Part shown: one piece after another, positions 9,265 through 20,256 of the stretch
Position numbering within the stretch: the stretch's first letter is position 1
How the letters are laid out: each line of letters begins with the position of its first letter
Source of the DNA: an uncultured virus (IMG/VR IMGVR_UViG_3300046368_000651)
Lineage: Duplodnaviria > Heunggongvirae > Uroviricota > Caudoviricetes
Length of the DNA stretch: 64,000 bases
IMG/VR virus record: IMGVR_UViG_3300046368_000651
Span: 1-64,000 of that record
Direction: 5' to 3' (one strand)
The notes under the pieces: model-generated
The model's input: the letters and a program-made list of their open reading frames with translations, nothing else
Told to the model about the DNA's origin: nothing
The model's database searches: none
Position numbers and translations under genes: made by a program

Positions 9265-12200
9265 TATACTCTCCCTACCACAACTTCAACAATGCCGTAG
9301 CCGTCGTCACCTTTAGTACCAACTGCTTTACCAAGTACTTGACCAACACCCGGAGTGTTATTAACAATAGCATATCCTTCTTTTGCTGCTGTTACTAACA
9401 TATCGCCTTTTTCTACTTTTCCTAATACCTTACACGGAACTCTACCCTGTAGTGCTACACCAACTACTGTGTCGCCTTCTAGTGCGCTGTTCATCAAGTG
9501 AGCTGGATTGGTTGTTACAACACCAGCAATTCTATGATCAGATTTTGTATTAGTTGTAGTAACTTCAGCTTCTCCTCCAAATACTAGTACAGTTCCTGGT
9601 TCGTATGCTACATCACCTACATAGTTTTCTGCTAAGTCAGCATATAGTGCTTCGGTAGCAGTACCATTAAATGTTTGTGCATATATTGTGTTGAATCTAT
9701 CTGTACTTGTACCAATAGTACTGCCGTTGTCAGTACCACTGCCGTTGCCAGCACCTCTATATCCGCCTGGAGCAGTTACAGTTTTTGATGCTGCTAGTGT
9801 TAAGTCACCACCGCCTGCAATATCGCCACCAATTGTTAGTTTGTTTGTACTTGGATTATATGCTACACCAGCGTCAGTTTTTATTGTTTCGTTTGCTGCT
9901 GAGGCATTTGCACTATCTACAAATGTAAGATAATGTGTTGCGTTAGTAGTATTGTTTATTGTTTTGACTTGATCAGCACTATCAGCGTTACCAGTTAGTT
10001 CACCTGTGCTAACATCTAATATCAGGCTAGTACCGTCGTAAATATCGCCATCAACATTAGCTGCAATTTTATTTGGCAGACTAACTGTGAAAGTTGGTGA
10101 ACCTGCTATCGGTGAAGAATCGGCAAAATTTACACTTACTTCATTTGCAGTACCTTGGATAGTAACTGAGTTGCCTAATGCAGTGGCTACAGTTGACGAT
10201 CCATCTCCAAACGTAATTGAACTGTTACTTAGTTTTGCGTTTGTAATACTACCAGCTAGTTGTGCATTACTTACACCAAGTGCTTTAATGCTTACATATC
10301 CACTTGCTGAGCCAAAGTCTGCATTGTTAAAACTTGCTATACCTTTTACGGCTGTCCCGGAGGTTGCTGCTGCTGTAGCATCGCTTAAAGAAAGTTTACT
10401 CTGTGCAATAGCTGCACTTGCATTTACGTCTGCGTTTACAATAGCACCTGCGGTAATCTGACCTTCTAGAAAGCCACTAGTTCCATTTAGTGTTAGACTA
10501 ATATCGGTGTTGGCAGCATCTGTATCAAACGGTGCATCAATCCAGTTGTTTGCTGAATCGTCATATACTAAGAAAGCAGCATCAACTGGGCTTGTAATAT
10601 CAGTATCTTCAAGTTCAGCTAGTGTATCGTATGCTTCGTCTCCTGCGTCTACATATGCCTTTGTTGCTGCGTCACTTCCACTAGTTGGTGCAGCAAGGTC
10701 GTTAATTTGCTGACCGCCCATACGCAGATCACCTGCCATTGGTACTGCACCTGATAGTGCTAAAAAGCCACCAGTTGTTTGTGGAATAATTTCAGCACCA
10801 GATATCACTGTACCGTTGCGGTCCATGCCTAGTCGTCTATCAATATATCCTTCAACTGCTGTTTCAACTGGTACAGCATCTGCTGTAGCATTTGTAAATG
10901 TACTGTCTGCACTAAATTCGTTTACACGTACACCACGTTTAAAGCCAATACCGTCAATGTTTGTTAGAACAAGTGCAGCATTAAATGTAATTCTACCTGT
11001 GCCCTGATCAACTGTAAAGAATCTACCTACACGGAAGAAACCGTCTTGGTCTGTACTTGCAAAGAAACAACGTCCTCTACTACGTTCTTGTACCTGTGCT
11101 TTACTTGCAAATCCTTCACTGTCTAAACTTTCTTCATCAGTAACTGGCGCAATCTTTGGACCACCAAAGATTCTATCAGGATAGTTACTACTATTGTATC
11201 CACCTGTACCAATATCCAAGAAGTCATGCGATGTAGCTCTACATGTACTGATATTAACTGTGATATTACCTGTTTCAGCTGATTGCAAGCCTGCTTGTAG
11301 TGTAATATTATTACCTGCTGCACTACTTGCTCTAGCTGCTAGTCCTGCTCCGGCATATGTATCACTAATGTTGTACTTGTCTGTAAAGCTAATAATACCA
11401 AACTGTGTACTTGTTGCGCTATCTGTTACAACTTGATAGTTAGTAATAATATGTGTTTTACCTTGCCATGCAAATATCATGTCAACATCACTTGAGTTCA
11501 ATCGAGCTTGATCATTTGCACTTAAAACTGTACTTACTGCAATGTGAGTATCACCTTGTGTATCGCCTAGTGTTGTACCACCGCTTAAACTATAAGTAGC
11601 TGGTGCCTGTGCAGCAAATGTATTGTTTACAACTAGATCAACATAATCAAAGTTATCATCAATTGTAATTCTAGTCTGTGCTCCTACTACTGGTATACCA
11701 CCAGTAATAGTATTTTCAAATGCTAGTGTTCTGTAGGTTACAGTTTCTTGTTCGTTAAATATAAGTGCTGTACTTGGTCTTGTTACAACATCACTACTAA
11801 CACCATTTACAAATACGTTTTGTTGACTTGTTAGTACAGCGTTTGTAGCATGTGCAACATTAAACTGTAGACCAGTTGTTTCTGTAGCAACACCACCGCC
11901 TGTTCCACTAGTAAATTCAAGTCTCCATACTTTACTACCAATTAGACCGATAGAACCAATATCGTCAGTAATAGCACCGTTAGTATAATCTACTGGAATA
12001 GTTATGCCAGTCTCACTTACGTTGATAACTTCGTATGGCTGGAATGTACCTTCGCTGTCGTCATGATGAATTTCAAGTTGCGATGCATTTAGAGGATAGT
12101 TTGTAGTATCGTAAATAAACGCACGTTGTACACCTTTTACAGCACCAAAGTCTCTATTGGTAATGCTTACAGGAGCACCATAGCTTTGATAAACTGTACC

Positions 12201-15200
12201 GTTACCTCCGCCGTCTACGCCTGTTGCAACAAATGCTGTTCCTGGGTTGTTATTAGCTGCACCAACAGTGGTAAAGTCTGATGTTCCTTGTGTACCAATT
12301 ACGTAGCGTGTTGCAGCTAGAAGCCCGCCGTCGTTTGTAACACTATTTGTTGTTAGTTCGTCAGTGTCGTTAAATGCATAATCATATCTTGTAGTTGCTG
12401 TAACATGTCTATTTACACTTAGTATACTATTTGTATCATTATCGTCGTTAAAAATTACGGTTGCAAGAGCAGTATTACCTGTGGTTGTGTCGTATTGACG
12501 TATTATCTGGCCACGTGCAATACCAGAACTATTGCCTGTTATTTCAACTTCTTGATCAACTGAGAATATTTTAACAGGTTGTACTAAGTCTTGTGCAAGT
12601 GAAATAGTTTTTGCAACTTCATCTGGATCACTGCCTTCTGCAACCAGTCCGTAGTTACCATAACTGTTGTTACCTGTAAGCGAACGTATCTGGGCACCAT
12701 TTAATGATAGGTAGCCTGTGTGCGCATAGTATGTAAACACACTAACAAGTTCTGAAAGTCCGTTGTTTGTAACAACTACACCATAACCTAAATCGTTGAC
12801 TTGTGTAAAGTCGTTTGCTAACATACTTTTGTTACCAGCACCTTGTAAAACAATATCAATTGGTCCACCTGCTGAGTCAATGTCGTCGTCTAAACCTGCG
12901 CCGCCATTAGCTGCACTATCTAGTACAAGCGTTGCAGTAGCTTTTCCACTGCCGTTATCTGCAACATAATCAACAATAGCATTAACTTGATAACGTCTAC
13001 CAAACTCAAAGAAACTACAAGGAAGATTAGGTTTACGTTGTCCTAAAATACTTGTGTTTGGCGCTTCGATTTGAATACGGAAAGGATCGCTGTTACCGCC
13101 TTGAATAACTGTAGCTGGCATATTGTAGCAATAACCGTCAATAAATATACCGCCTGCAAAAGTTTTAGCATTAATACTTCTACTAAATGAAGATCCTGTT
13201 TGTACATATGGCGAACGTGTAAAGATAGCACCTTCTGGATCTAGCACCATCATAAAGCCACCTTGTCGCTGTGCTGTAATATTTCTAATAATAGTGTTAT
13301 CGTTACACAGGAACATGTCCATTTCGTTGTTGTCTTTAGCAGCATTATAACCTGCATCAAACGCAAAAGATATAAAACTTACTAGAGCAGTTGCATTTGT
13401 ATTTGCATTTGTTTCAGCTGTTAAGTTAGCATTTACAACTTGTCCTGTAACACCGCCAGCGCCTGCGTATGCTGTCTGTGCTAGTACACTTGTAATAATT
13501 GTTGCAATATTGTTAAATGCTGCTTCAGTCTTTGCTGCTGTAGCAACAACTGTATTTGCTAATGCAGTTTTTTGACTTATGCCACACTGTACTCTACCAC
13601 CTGTGCGTAAATCAGCTTCAATACTGTCTACTATTTCGCCTACATCTCTTTCGGCATCTGCTTGTACGTATGAAGGCGGAGTGTTTGCAGCAATAAAACT
13701 AATAGTTCTATCAATAATAAATTGTCTGTTTAGACTTATTAAGTCTGCTGCTTCGTTAAACTTACCTGGGTTAGTTGCGCCAAAATTACTTATGTTTATG
13801 TCTGCTGCTGGATTTGTTAAGTAGTGTCTGCCATAGTATCCGTCAGTGTCACCTGTAAGATCGTTTACATATGCTTCACCACCGGTTGCAGTAGTATTAC
13901 CATCGATTGTAGCATCTCTATAAAAGAATGTATTGGCTGCTGAACTTAAACTCATACCTGGTGCTGGACGTACAAGACAACGTCTAAATTCGTCACCTTT
14001 GATACTTACGTTAGCAGGTAATCTAATTGGCAACTGTTCTTCGTATGTGCCTGATTCAATACGTATACTAATCTGTTGTTTCTTAACAAATGCACCGTAT
14101 TCAATTTCTTCTTGTTCGATAAAATCAAACGGTAGTAGTAGTTTAACCTCGATAGTATCATATACCGGTGTACCAACTGTATCGACACCTCTACTATATT
14201 CTTGTACAATACCAACAGCACCACTTTTCTTACCTCTAATAATTTTACCAGGAAAGATATCAATATTTGGCTCGTCTTCAGTTGGGTCGCCAGCTTGTGT
14301 TAAAAATTTGTTATTACCACTACTAACATATACTTTATAATTGTTACTAGCTTCTACTAGTGTTGGATCAGCACTACTAGTATCGATAGTATCTAAAACA
14401 TCGTCAAATCTAGCACTTGCTGCTAGATACCATTGATCAGACCCAAATCCGCTGCCAAGTGCAGTTGCAATAAATCCTAGTGCAGTAGTTTTAGCAAAAC
14501 TAATTGCTGCAACAGTTTCGGTATACTGCCCGCCACCTGTTTGAGATATTGCAACTTCGCCACTAGCATTACTAAAGTAACGTAGCCCTGCATATCTACT
14601 TAGATAGTTGTGTTTGACACTTACTGTACTTGCAAGAATATCCTTTTCGATACTGTCCAGTATCAGTCCTAAATCTCTTCTACATACTGCTTCGCTGTAA
14701 ACAAATGTAGGATATGTTGTTGCAATAAATGCAATAGTTTGATCAATAATTGCTTGTCTATTAGTATCAATTGCTGATGCTGTTGTAGTAGCTGCAACTG
14801 CTGGGGCTGTATACCCATTACTTGAATAGTTTGTAATTGTACCATTATTTAGACCAGTACCATCTGTGTATGTTAGTGTTTGTACATAAGGACCAATATC
14901 AATATCTGCTGCTTCTTGTAATCTTTCAGCTCGTAAACATGCGCCGGCAATTGTTCTATAAGCATACTTCTCGCTACGTCCAGCCAATCCTGCGGGTGTT
15001 TCTGTTTGTAAATCATCACCGTTGATGTTTACATAAATATTTTCACTTTTACTGTACTGCTGTGCATCAACATAATATTTTGTTGCTGCCTGTAAATCAT
15101 CTGCACCAGCCGGAGTTCCTGCTCCTGCAAATGGCTGTGGATGATCGTGCAATGTCAACGCACCTGTCATGGTGTCGCCTTCACGTCTAGTTATGCTTTT

Positions 15201-16118
15201 ACGTGGTAGTATAGCATCGCCAGTCCAGAACCCATCAAGGCCTCCATCACTGTCATCGTATGTTGGATCTTTTAAAGTTTGTGTACCTGTGCCGCCACTT
15301 GCAATAATTTGATTAGTGTTATCTAATGCATCTTGTGCAGTTGGGTGTAGAGTTACTTGATTTGCAGTATTGCGTCTAACATAATATGTTCCGGCACTTG
15401 TTAAGCCTGTAGCATCTGTAGTAGTTGAATCATACAACCAAGCACTACCTGTTACAGCCTCTGTAAAGCCATGCGATACAATGTTAGCAGCACCGGCACT
15501 GAAACTTGCAATAGTTTTTGTATAATCACTAGCATCAGTTGGCTCGTCTGCTACACGAGGGCCCATACCAGGTGTATTTTTCTCAAGGTACTTTCTATTA
15601 GCTAATCCAATACTTGGAATAATATTTTCGTCAGCAACATCTGGTTCATGAACTGTATTCCAATTTGTAAGTAGAGTACCTCTTTCGAGATCTGACATAA
15701 TTTTAGGATTAGTAGTGGCACTATACGCAAACGCTGCACCTGCTTTTAAAGGATTTGAAATAGTAGGCTTTGGATCTGTTTCAAGGTTTACGTTAATAAC
15801 TTTAATTTTTAATTGATTGCCTTCAACACTAAAAGCAACAGTGTTGGCTTCATCATTTGGATCAGCATTTCCAGCATCACTTACTAGTTCAAAAAAGTCA
15901 ACACCTGTGCCTGCTTGATTTACTAAGAGTACTTTTCCTTCGTTGCCTACAGTACTATTTGGAGTATCGTTAAGTGTGGTAAACGAAATTTGCCCACCTA
16001 AACCAAAAATAGCATATAGTTCGTTGAAGTTTTCGTTTACCTTCTTAAAACTTTCACGGATACTATCACCAGTACCGTCATTGCCCTCTACGCCAATATC
16101 AACTTGTTGTTTTGCCAT
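9264..16118 (-). CDS. Giant tail fibre / baseplate protein (2284 aa)
   Basis: gp10-like N-terminus (NDGTGDSIRESFKKVNENFNELY), beta-helix-like middle, DAATKAYVD fibre motif, and a C-terminal YADLAENY...VALQGRVPCKV...GKA domain. Confidence 0.75.
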   Translation of the reverse strand: MAKQQVDIGVEGNDGTGDSIRESFKKVNENFNELYAIFGLGGQISFTTLNDTPNSTVGNEGKVLLVNQAGTGVDFFELVSDAGNADPNDEANTVAFSVEGNQLKIKVINVNLETDPKPTISNPLKAGAAFAYSATTNPKIMSDLERGTLLTNWNTVHEPDVADENIIPSIGLANRKYLEKNTPGMGPRVADEPTDASDYTKTIASFSAGAANIVSHGFTEAVTGSAWLYDSTTTDATGLTSAGTYYVRRNTANQVTLHPTAQDALDNTNQIIASGGTGTQTLKDPTYDDSDGGLDGFWTGDAILPRKSITRREGDTMTGALTLHDHPQPFAGAGTPAGADDLQAATKYYVDAQQYSKSENIYVNINGDDLQTETPAGLAGRSEKYAYRTIAGACLRAERLQEAADIDIGPYVQTLTYTDGTGLNNGTITNYSSNGYTAPAVAATTTASAIDTNRQAIIDQTIAFIATTYPTFVYSEAVCRRDLGLILDSIEKDILASTVSVKHNYLSRYAGLRYFSNASGEVAISQTGGGQYTETVAAISFAKTTALGFIATALGSGFGSDQWYLAASARFDDVLDTIDTSSADPTLVEASNNYKVYVSSGNNKFLTQAGDPTEDEPNIDIFPGKIIRGKKSGAVGIVQEYSRGVDTVGTPVYDTIEVKLLLPFDFIEQEEIEYGAFVKKQQISIRIESGTYEEQLPIRLPANVSIKGDEFRRCLVRPAPGMSLSSAANTFFYRDATIDGNTTATGGEAYVNDLTGDTDGYYGRHYLTNPAADINISNFGATNPGKFNEAADLISLNRQFIIDRTISFIAANTPPSYVQADAERDVGEIVDSIEADLRTGGRVQCGISQKTALANTVVATAAKTEAAFNNIATIITSVLAQTAYAGAGGVTGQVVNANLTAETNANTNATALVSFISFAFDAGYNAAKDNNEMDMFLCNDNTIIRNITAQRQGGFMMVLDPEGAIFTRSPYVQTGSSFSRSINAKTFAGGIFIDGYCYNMPATVIQGGNSDPFRIQIEAPNTSILGQRKPNLPCSFFEFGRRYQVNAIVDYVADNGSGKATATLVLDSAANGGAGLDDDIDSAGGPIDIVLQGAGNKSMLANDFTQVNDLGYGVVVTNNGLSELVSVFTYYAHTGYLSLNGAQIRSLTGNNSYGNYGLVAEGSDPDEVAKTISLAQDLVQPVKIFSVDQEVEITGNSSGIARGQIIRQYDTTTGNTALATVIFNDDNDTNSILSVNRHVTATTRYDYAFNDTDELTTNSVTNDGGLLAATRYVIGTQGTSDFTTVGAANNNPGTAFVATGVDGGGNGTVYQSYGAPVSITNRDFGAVKGVQRAFIYDTTNYPLNASQLEIHHDDSEGTFQPYEVINVSETGITIPVDYTNGAITDDIGSIGLIGSKVWRLEFTSGTGGGVATETTGLQFNVAHATNAVLTSQQNVFVNGVSSDVVTRPSTALIFNEQETVTYRTLAFENTITGGIPVVGAQTRITIDDNFDYVDLVVNNTFAAQAPATYSLSGGTTLGDTQGDTHIAVSTVLSANDQARLNSSDVDMIFAWQGKTHIITNYQVVTDSATSTQFGIISFTDKYNISDTYAGAGLAARASSAAGNNITLQAGLQSAETGNITVNISTCRATSHDFLDIGTGGYNSSNYPDRIFGGPKIAPVTDEESLDSEGFASKAQVQERSRGRCFFASTDQDGFFRVGRFFTVDQGTGRITFNAALVLTNIDGIGFKRGVRVNEFSADSTFTNATADAVPVETAVEGYIDRRLGMDRNGTVISGAEIIPQTTGGFLALSGAVPMAGDLRMGGQQINDLAAPTSGSDAATKAYVDAGDEAYDTLAELEDTDITSPVDAAFLVYDDSANNWIDAPFDTDAANTDISLTLNGTSGFLEGQITAGAIVNADVNASAAIAQSKLSLSDATAAATSGTAVKGIASFNNADFGSASGYVSIKALGVSNAQLAGSITNAKLSNSSITFGDGSSTVATALGNSVTIQGTANEVSVNFADSSPIAGSPTFTVSLPNKIAANVDGDIYDGTSLILDVSTGELTGNADSADQVKTINNTTNATHYLTFVDSANASAANETIKTDAGVAYNPSTNKLTIGGDIAGGGDLTLAASKTVTAPGGYRGAGNGSGTDNGSTIGTSTDRFNTIYAQTFNGTATEALYADLAENYVGDVAYEPGTVLVFGGEAEVTTTNTKSDHRIAGVVTTNPAHLMNSALEGDTVVGVALQGRVPCKVLGKVEKGDMLVTAAKEGYAIVNNTPGVGQVLGKAVGTKGDDGYGIVEVVVGRV

Positions 16119-16130
16119 CTACCTTATCCT

Positions 16131-16493
16131 TTAAAATTGTGGTACTAAATTGTCCATGTCGAAGTTAACGCTTACGCCGCAACCACATGAACTTTGTGCA
16201 TTTGGATTATTAATTTCAAAGTTAGCACCAACTAAACTTTTTACATAATCTACTTCTGTTCCTATTAGAAACATTAAACTGTGCGCTCCTACTACAAACG
16301 CACATCCGTTTGTTGTTTTTACTACTTCGTCGTCTTTTGCTAGATCTGTTGGACTAGCAACAGTTCCCCATTCGTATTCAAATCCAGCACAGCCACCACC
16401 TTTGATGTTAAGAGTAATGCCATAGCATTCGTTCTCTTCGCTTAAAAGGTCAATTTGTTTCTCTGCTGCTGGTGTTAAAGTAAGTATGCTCAT
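16131..16493 (-). CDS. iscA: A-type Fe-S carrier (IscA/SufA/HesB family)
   Basis: GGGCAGFEY and NPNAQSSCGCGVS motifs. Confidence 0.9.
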   Translation of the reverse strand: MSILTLTPAAEKQIDLLSEENECYGITLNIKGGGCAGFEYEWGTVASPTDLAKDDEVVKTTNGCAFVVGAHSLMFLIGTEVDYVKSLVGANFEINNPNAQSSCGCGVSVNFDMDNLVPQF

Positions 16494-16549
16494 AGTGTTC
16501 CTTTCTAATATTTATCGTTGTATTTTATAATCTTAATGTAAATATAGTT

Positions 16550-16837
16550 ATGTTTATAAAAGAATATTTGATTGATACCTGGCATATGCGCCGTAGCAAA
16601 CTTGGCAATCAACATACGTACAACCGCAAAAAAACTATGGTTGTACTAAGGTGTGATTGCTGTGATAATGAATTTACAAGAGAGCGTGGACAAATGGATC
16701 CTAAAAGACTCAATAATAACTACTTTCATGTTTGTGAAAATTGTGATGCTAAAGTGTTTGCACAACAAAGAGGTGTAGCAGCTAAAAAAGTTTGGCAACT
16801 AAAAGCAAGTAGCGACATTCCTATTAACAAACTTTAG
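16550..16837 (+). CDS. Hypothetical protein, possibly Zn-binding
   Basis: 95 aa with CDCC and CENC; divergently oriented, with TAAATA upstream. Confidence 0.6.
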   Translation: MFIKEYLIDTWHMRRSKLGNQHTYNRKKTMVVLRCDCCDNEFTRERGQMDPKRLNNNYFHVCENCDAKVFAQQRGVAAKKVWQLKASSDIPINKL

Positions 16838-17398
16838 TGTGTTAAAAAATTTATAGTCTGCATCGTAAAGTGTAGATAATTTAGATTCAATAACTTTTTG
16901 GTTTTTGTCAATAAATCCTCTTACTATTTTTTTGTATTTTTTTCTAAGTTTTTCTTGATGTGTAACAAGTATTTCGTCAAAACAGTTATAATCTTTGTTT
17001 ATATCTTCAAGTACACTGTTACAAAACCAATAAGGTTTTAGGTCTAAATTAGAATAGTTATAAACTGTTGATTGCAGGCTAGTATGGTAATCCCAAGGCA
17101 CTGGTTCTCGATTTAACCATTGTTGTAGATTCAATTGTACACCATGTTCAGACGTTGACAGGTAAGATACACTTTCAGGATAAGCAAAATATTCGACTGT
17201 TCCACTTATCCATCTATCATAAGGATCTCTAAAAATTACAATTGCTGTAGTATCTTTTGGTAAATCTATAGTATCATAATATACAAAATCTTTAGTAACG
17301 CCTTGTTTAATACTTTCGCTACAATTTTTTGCAATAGTCAATAAAGCTAAATTTTTAGCTTCATTGTAAAATATCAACCATTTCTCCAAATAGTCCAT
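16799..17398 (-). CDS. Sulfotransferase family 2-like protein
   Basis: IAKNCSES (5'-PSB-like) and FRDPYDRWISG (3'-PB-like) motifs; YDADYKFF tail. Confidence 0.6.
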   Translation of the reverse strand: MDYLEKWLIFYNEAKNLALLTIAKNCSESIKQGVTKDFVYYDTIDLPKDTTAIVIFRDPYDRWISGTVEYFAYPESVSYLSTSEHGVQLNLQQWLNREPVPWDYHTSLQSTVYNYSNLDLKPYWFCNSVLEDINKDYNCFDEILVTHQEKLRKKYKKIVRGFIDKNQKVIESKLSTLYDADYKFFNTLKFVNRNVATCF

Positions 17399-17538
17399 GC
17401 ACCGTATGCAATTGCACCGTATGCAATTAATTTTGTTAGTGGCGAAAAGATAATAATAGCTGCTCCTGCTGCTATCATTAGTGCGCCATCAATTGTTGAT
17501 CGCTCTGCTAAACGCTGTTCTATCCATTTTTTGATCAT
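17374..17538 (-). CDS. Small membrane protein (54 aa, not in ORF track)
   Basis: Manual translation MIKKWIEQRLAERSTIDGALMIAAGAAIIIFSPLTKLIAYGAIAYGAWTIWRNG; AGGA ribosome-binding site upstream. Confidence 0.6.
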   Translation of the reverse strand: MIKKWIEQRLAERSTIDGALMIAAGAAIIIFSPLTKLIAYGAIAYGAWTIWRNG

Positions 17539-17785
17539 TTGTTAATTTCCTTAGTTTTTTGTCTTGTTCGTTAACTAGTGCTTCTAGTCTACGAAGTTTT
17601 TCTTCTAAGCCTTGTACATATGCTTTTGTTGGTACTTGTCTTTCTTGCCCGTCTTCTCCAAGAACACTATAATGGTCGGCGCCGTGTCCTTTTAAACCGC
17701 CTAGCACTCTGTTAGGATTTTTTTCAACGGCTGCTGTAGCTTGTTTTCTAGCATACATGCTTGTAATATAATTAGTTTTTCTCAT
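17489..17785 (-). CDS. Hypothetical coiled-coil protein
   Basis: 98 aa ORF. Confidence 0.6.
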   Translation of the reverse strand: MRKTNYITSMYARKQATAAVEKNPNRVLGGLKGHGADHYSVLGEDGQERQVPTKAYVQGLEEKLRRLEALVNEQDKKLRKLTNDQKMDRTAFSRAINN

Positions 17786-18408
17786 ATTGTATTTATTAAC
17801 TCCTGTACTAAGTCTGTTTGGTCTTCAACTTGCTCATACTTACGTCTTTGCTTAAAATATACATCAGTTGTTTTATTTAAATGTAGTACTTTAAGTTTGG
17901 GATGTATTTTTTCAAGTGCCATTGCAAATTTAAAAATTTTATTAATATCAACATATTCAACATGTTTCGAATTATTTAGAACGTATTTGTGTATCCATTT
18001 TGAATTCATAGCACAGTGGCCTAGCCATTGTGTATTCCAATCTTGAAGCATTACAGTACGATCTTCGATATGCGCTGTTTCTTTGCAACGTTGATAAAAT
18101 CTTTTAACCTCTAATAAATGTTGTTCAAAATTTGCCGGAGGTTTTGGAAATTTATCATCTGCATACAATGTTACCTTCATATGATAACCGCTTAAATACC
18201 AATCGTGAAACGGACGAGTTAATAGGTATATTTTTTTATACTTTGTTAGATCAAGATGTTCAAACACTGCAACGGTTTTAACTTTACATTCATAATTTTT
18301 TTCATACTCACTAAGCAACTCCTTGTATGCTGATTCAATACTAGTGCTACCATTTTTACAAGGTGCAAGTACTGCTACCTTTGTTTTCATGTTCTTTAAA
18401 ATAATCAC
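17782..18408 (-). CDS. Sulfotransferase-like protein
   Basis: APCKNGSTSI and LTRPFHDWYLSGY motifs. Confidence 0.55.
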   Translation of the reverse strand: MIILKNMKTKVAVLAPCKNGSTSIESAYKELLSEYEKNYECKVKTVAVFEHLDLTKYKKIYLLTRPFHDWYLSGYHMKVTLYADDKFPKPPANFEQHLLEVKRFYQRCKETAHIEDRTVMLQDWNTQWLGHCAMNSKWIHKYVLNNSKHVEYVDINKIFKFAMALEKIHPKLKVLHLNKTTDVYFKQRRKYEQVEDQTDLVQELINTI

Positions 18409-18995
18409 AGTGTATATCCAAACTTTTTAGCATAGTCTTCCGAAATCTCATTTAATAGAGATTGTATATTACTATTTATAATTGGGTATGGAATACGAGG
18501 ACTGGTGACATTTTTTATAGGAACTGTGTTAAAAACATTTAATGTTTTAAAAAAGTCATCTATGTTTTCAAGTTTAACTGGTATTGCATTTTTGTCACAG
18601 TATTTGTCCGGCATAACACTACAATGCTCGCTCCAAAATAAATTAAACACTGTGATGTTTTGTGTACGTTCAGCAAGTACATCAGTAAGGTGCGCTTCGT
18701 AATCTCTATGATACTTGAAGTGTCGAGGATTACCACCAAAGGATTGCAAAAATCTAAATCCACTCATTAGCCAACTATGTGGATGTCGCACAACTACATA
18801 ATGAGTGTAGTCGTCAAAGTTAATCTTTAGTTTGTCGCAGGCTGCTAGAGTCTTTTGTAATCCTGTATAAGGTAGATTGTCAATTGACTTTTTTGTATAC
18901 ACATCTTGCCATCCTTTAAGTAAGTGTGCAAATGTATACGTTCCGCACTTGCTTGGCACACTTATTAATATTTTGGCATCATGATTTACAAACAT
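18405..18995 (-). CDS. Sulfotransferase family 2-like protein
   Basis: VPSKCGTYT, VVRHPHSWLMSGF and EDYAKKFGY motifs. Confidence 0.6.
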   Translation of the reverse strand: MFVNHDAKILISVPSKCGTYTFAHLLKGWQDVYTKKSIDNLPYTGLQKTLAACDKLKINFDDYTHYVVVRHPHSWLMSGFRFLQSFGGNPRHFKYHRDYEAHLTDVLAERTQNITVFNLFWSEHCSVMPDKYCDKNAIPVKLENIDDFFKTLNVFNTVPIKNVTSPRIPYPIINSNIQSLLNEISEDYAKKFGYTL

Positions 18996-19001
18996 TTAAA
19001 C

Positions 19002-20105
19002 TCATGCAACAAGTTTACCAGTGAAAGCATCATTGTTCATAAAATGCCGCTGTAACAATTGACCACTAGCAAGATTCTTACATTTTGCTTCTACCATAAT
19101 ATCAGCCCATTCCCAATGAGACAATGCCCAGTCGTTGACTGCATCGTTCCACAAGTAATCACTGTGTGCTCTTAGTTTTGCTTTTTTGAAGCCTTGTTCT
19201 TCAAGCGCCGCAAAGTCTGGTCTTTGTGTTGTTGAGTAACTGGAAAGAAGATCTTCTCTACTAACACTATAATGCATAGCAGGACGCACACCACGCCAGC
19301 TATCAATAATGCGTTTGATTCTATCATCATCGGGTTCAATATATTCTCCTCTAGTATTACACCAGTGATGGTGTATGTCAAGAACAAGTGCAACATCATC
19401 TGCAAGTTCTAGGCTTGCTTCGAGACCCCATTTGTTTTCGTCGTTCTCAATAGTAATAGTGTTTCGTGCTTCTGGAGACAGTCTTGGAAGGACTGCTTTG
19501 ATACCGGCTGGACCTTGTCTACCGGAGATGTGGACGTTACACTTGAAGTCTTGCCAGTCTTGACCGTAGCCCATCCAGCGTAATAAGTTGACATGGTATT
19601 CAAATTCTTCTATGCTCCGTTCTACAATTTCGGGGTTGTCGCTCGCAAGTACAGTAAATTGGCCTGGGTGCATCGATAGTCGGACATCGAGGGCTCTTGC
19701 CGCTTCACCGACTTTTGCGTATTCTCTTTCACAGAATGCAATAACGTCAGGGCGCTGCCAATAATAAGACCAATCACGCTGGGTATAACAAGGAAGCTGA
19801 TTACTACCCAGTCGTACCATACGTAACTCTTTAGGAAGACTTCCAACATATTCGACTAACCTCTTTGCTGCCGCTGCGTTGTGTGCCATAATATCCCACA
19901 ACCGTTCTTCAGCAACATCCTTTGTTTGTCTATTTAGCCATTGTACTGTTGTACACTTTTCTGTCAGTGGACGTTGTAGTTCTTCTAAGACTTTTTTCTT
20001 TTGTGATTGGTCTGGATGCATGTATTTGCAAGCAAAACCAATACGCTTTGTATCTTGCTGACTTGCAAGATAATCGCCGCATGTTGTAAATTTAAGATCG
20101 TTCAT
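19002..20105 (-). CDS. uvsE: UV damage endonuclease
   Basis: RLSMHPGQFTVLAS, ITIENDE, LDIHHHW, HYS, AHSD and DIMVEAKCK motifs. Confidence 0.92.
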   Translation of the reverse strand: MNDLKFTTCGDYLASQQDTKRIGFACKYMHPDQSQKKKVLEELQRPLTEKCTTVQWLNRQTKDVAEERLWDIMAHNAAAAKRLVEYVGSLPKELRMVRLGSNQLPCYTQRDWSYYWQRPDVIAFCEREYAKVGEAARALDVRLSMHPGQFTVLASDNPEIVERSIEEFEYHVNLLRWMGYGQDWQDFKCNVHISGRQGPAGIKAVLPRLSPEARNTITIENDENKWGLEASLELADDVALVLDIHHHWCNTRGEYIEPDDDRIKRIIDSWRGVRPAMHYSVSREDLLSSYSTTQRPDFAALEEQGFKKAKLRAHSDYLWNDAVNDWALSHWEWADIMVEAKCKNLASGQLLQRHFMNNDAFTGKLVA

Positions 20106-20227
20106 ATTACCATTTCCTGTACGAGCCGTCTAGCTCGTGTGTGCCTGAGTTTGACCATGCCCACGCTACACAGTTGTACCATGCATAGTGTGGGTGTTGC
20201 CTGAGTTGTTTGTACCATTGTGTAAAC

Positions 20228-20256
20228 AATATAACACGTTTCTTAAAGTTTGTCAA
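20228..20256 (-). promoter_or_regulatory. sigma70-type promoter
   Basis: TTGACA-N17-TATATT. Confidence 0.65.

Noticed and set aside
2880..16134. Many plus-strand ORFs within the structural genes, and similar ones such as 55723..56523
   Set aside because: They are antisense shadows of long minus-strand genes caused by codon bias.
17399..17431. 15-bp tandem duplication (gcaccgtatgcaatt x2)
   Set aside because: It encodes IAYGA-IAYGA within a small membrane protein, with no sign of a regulatory role.
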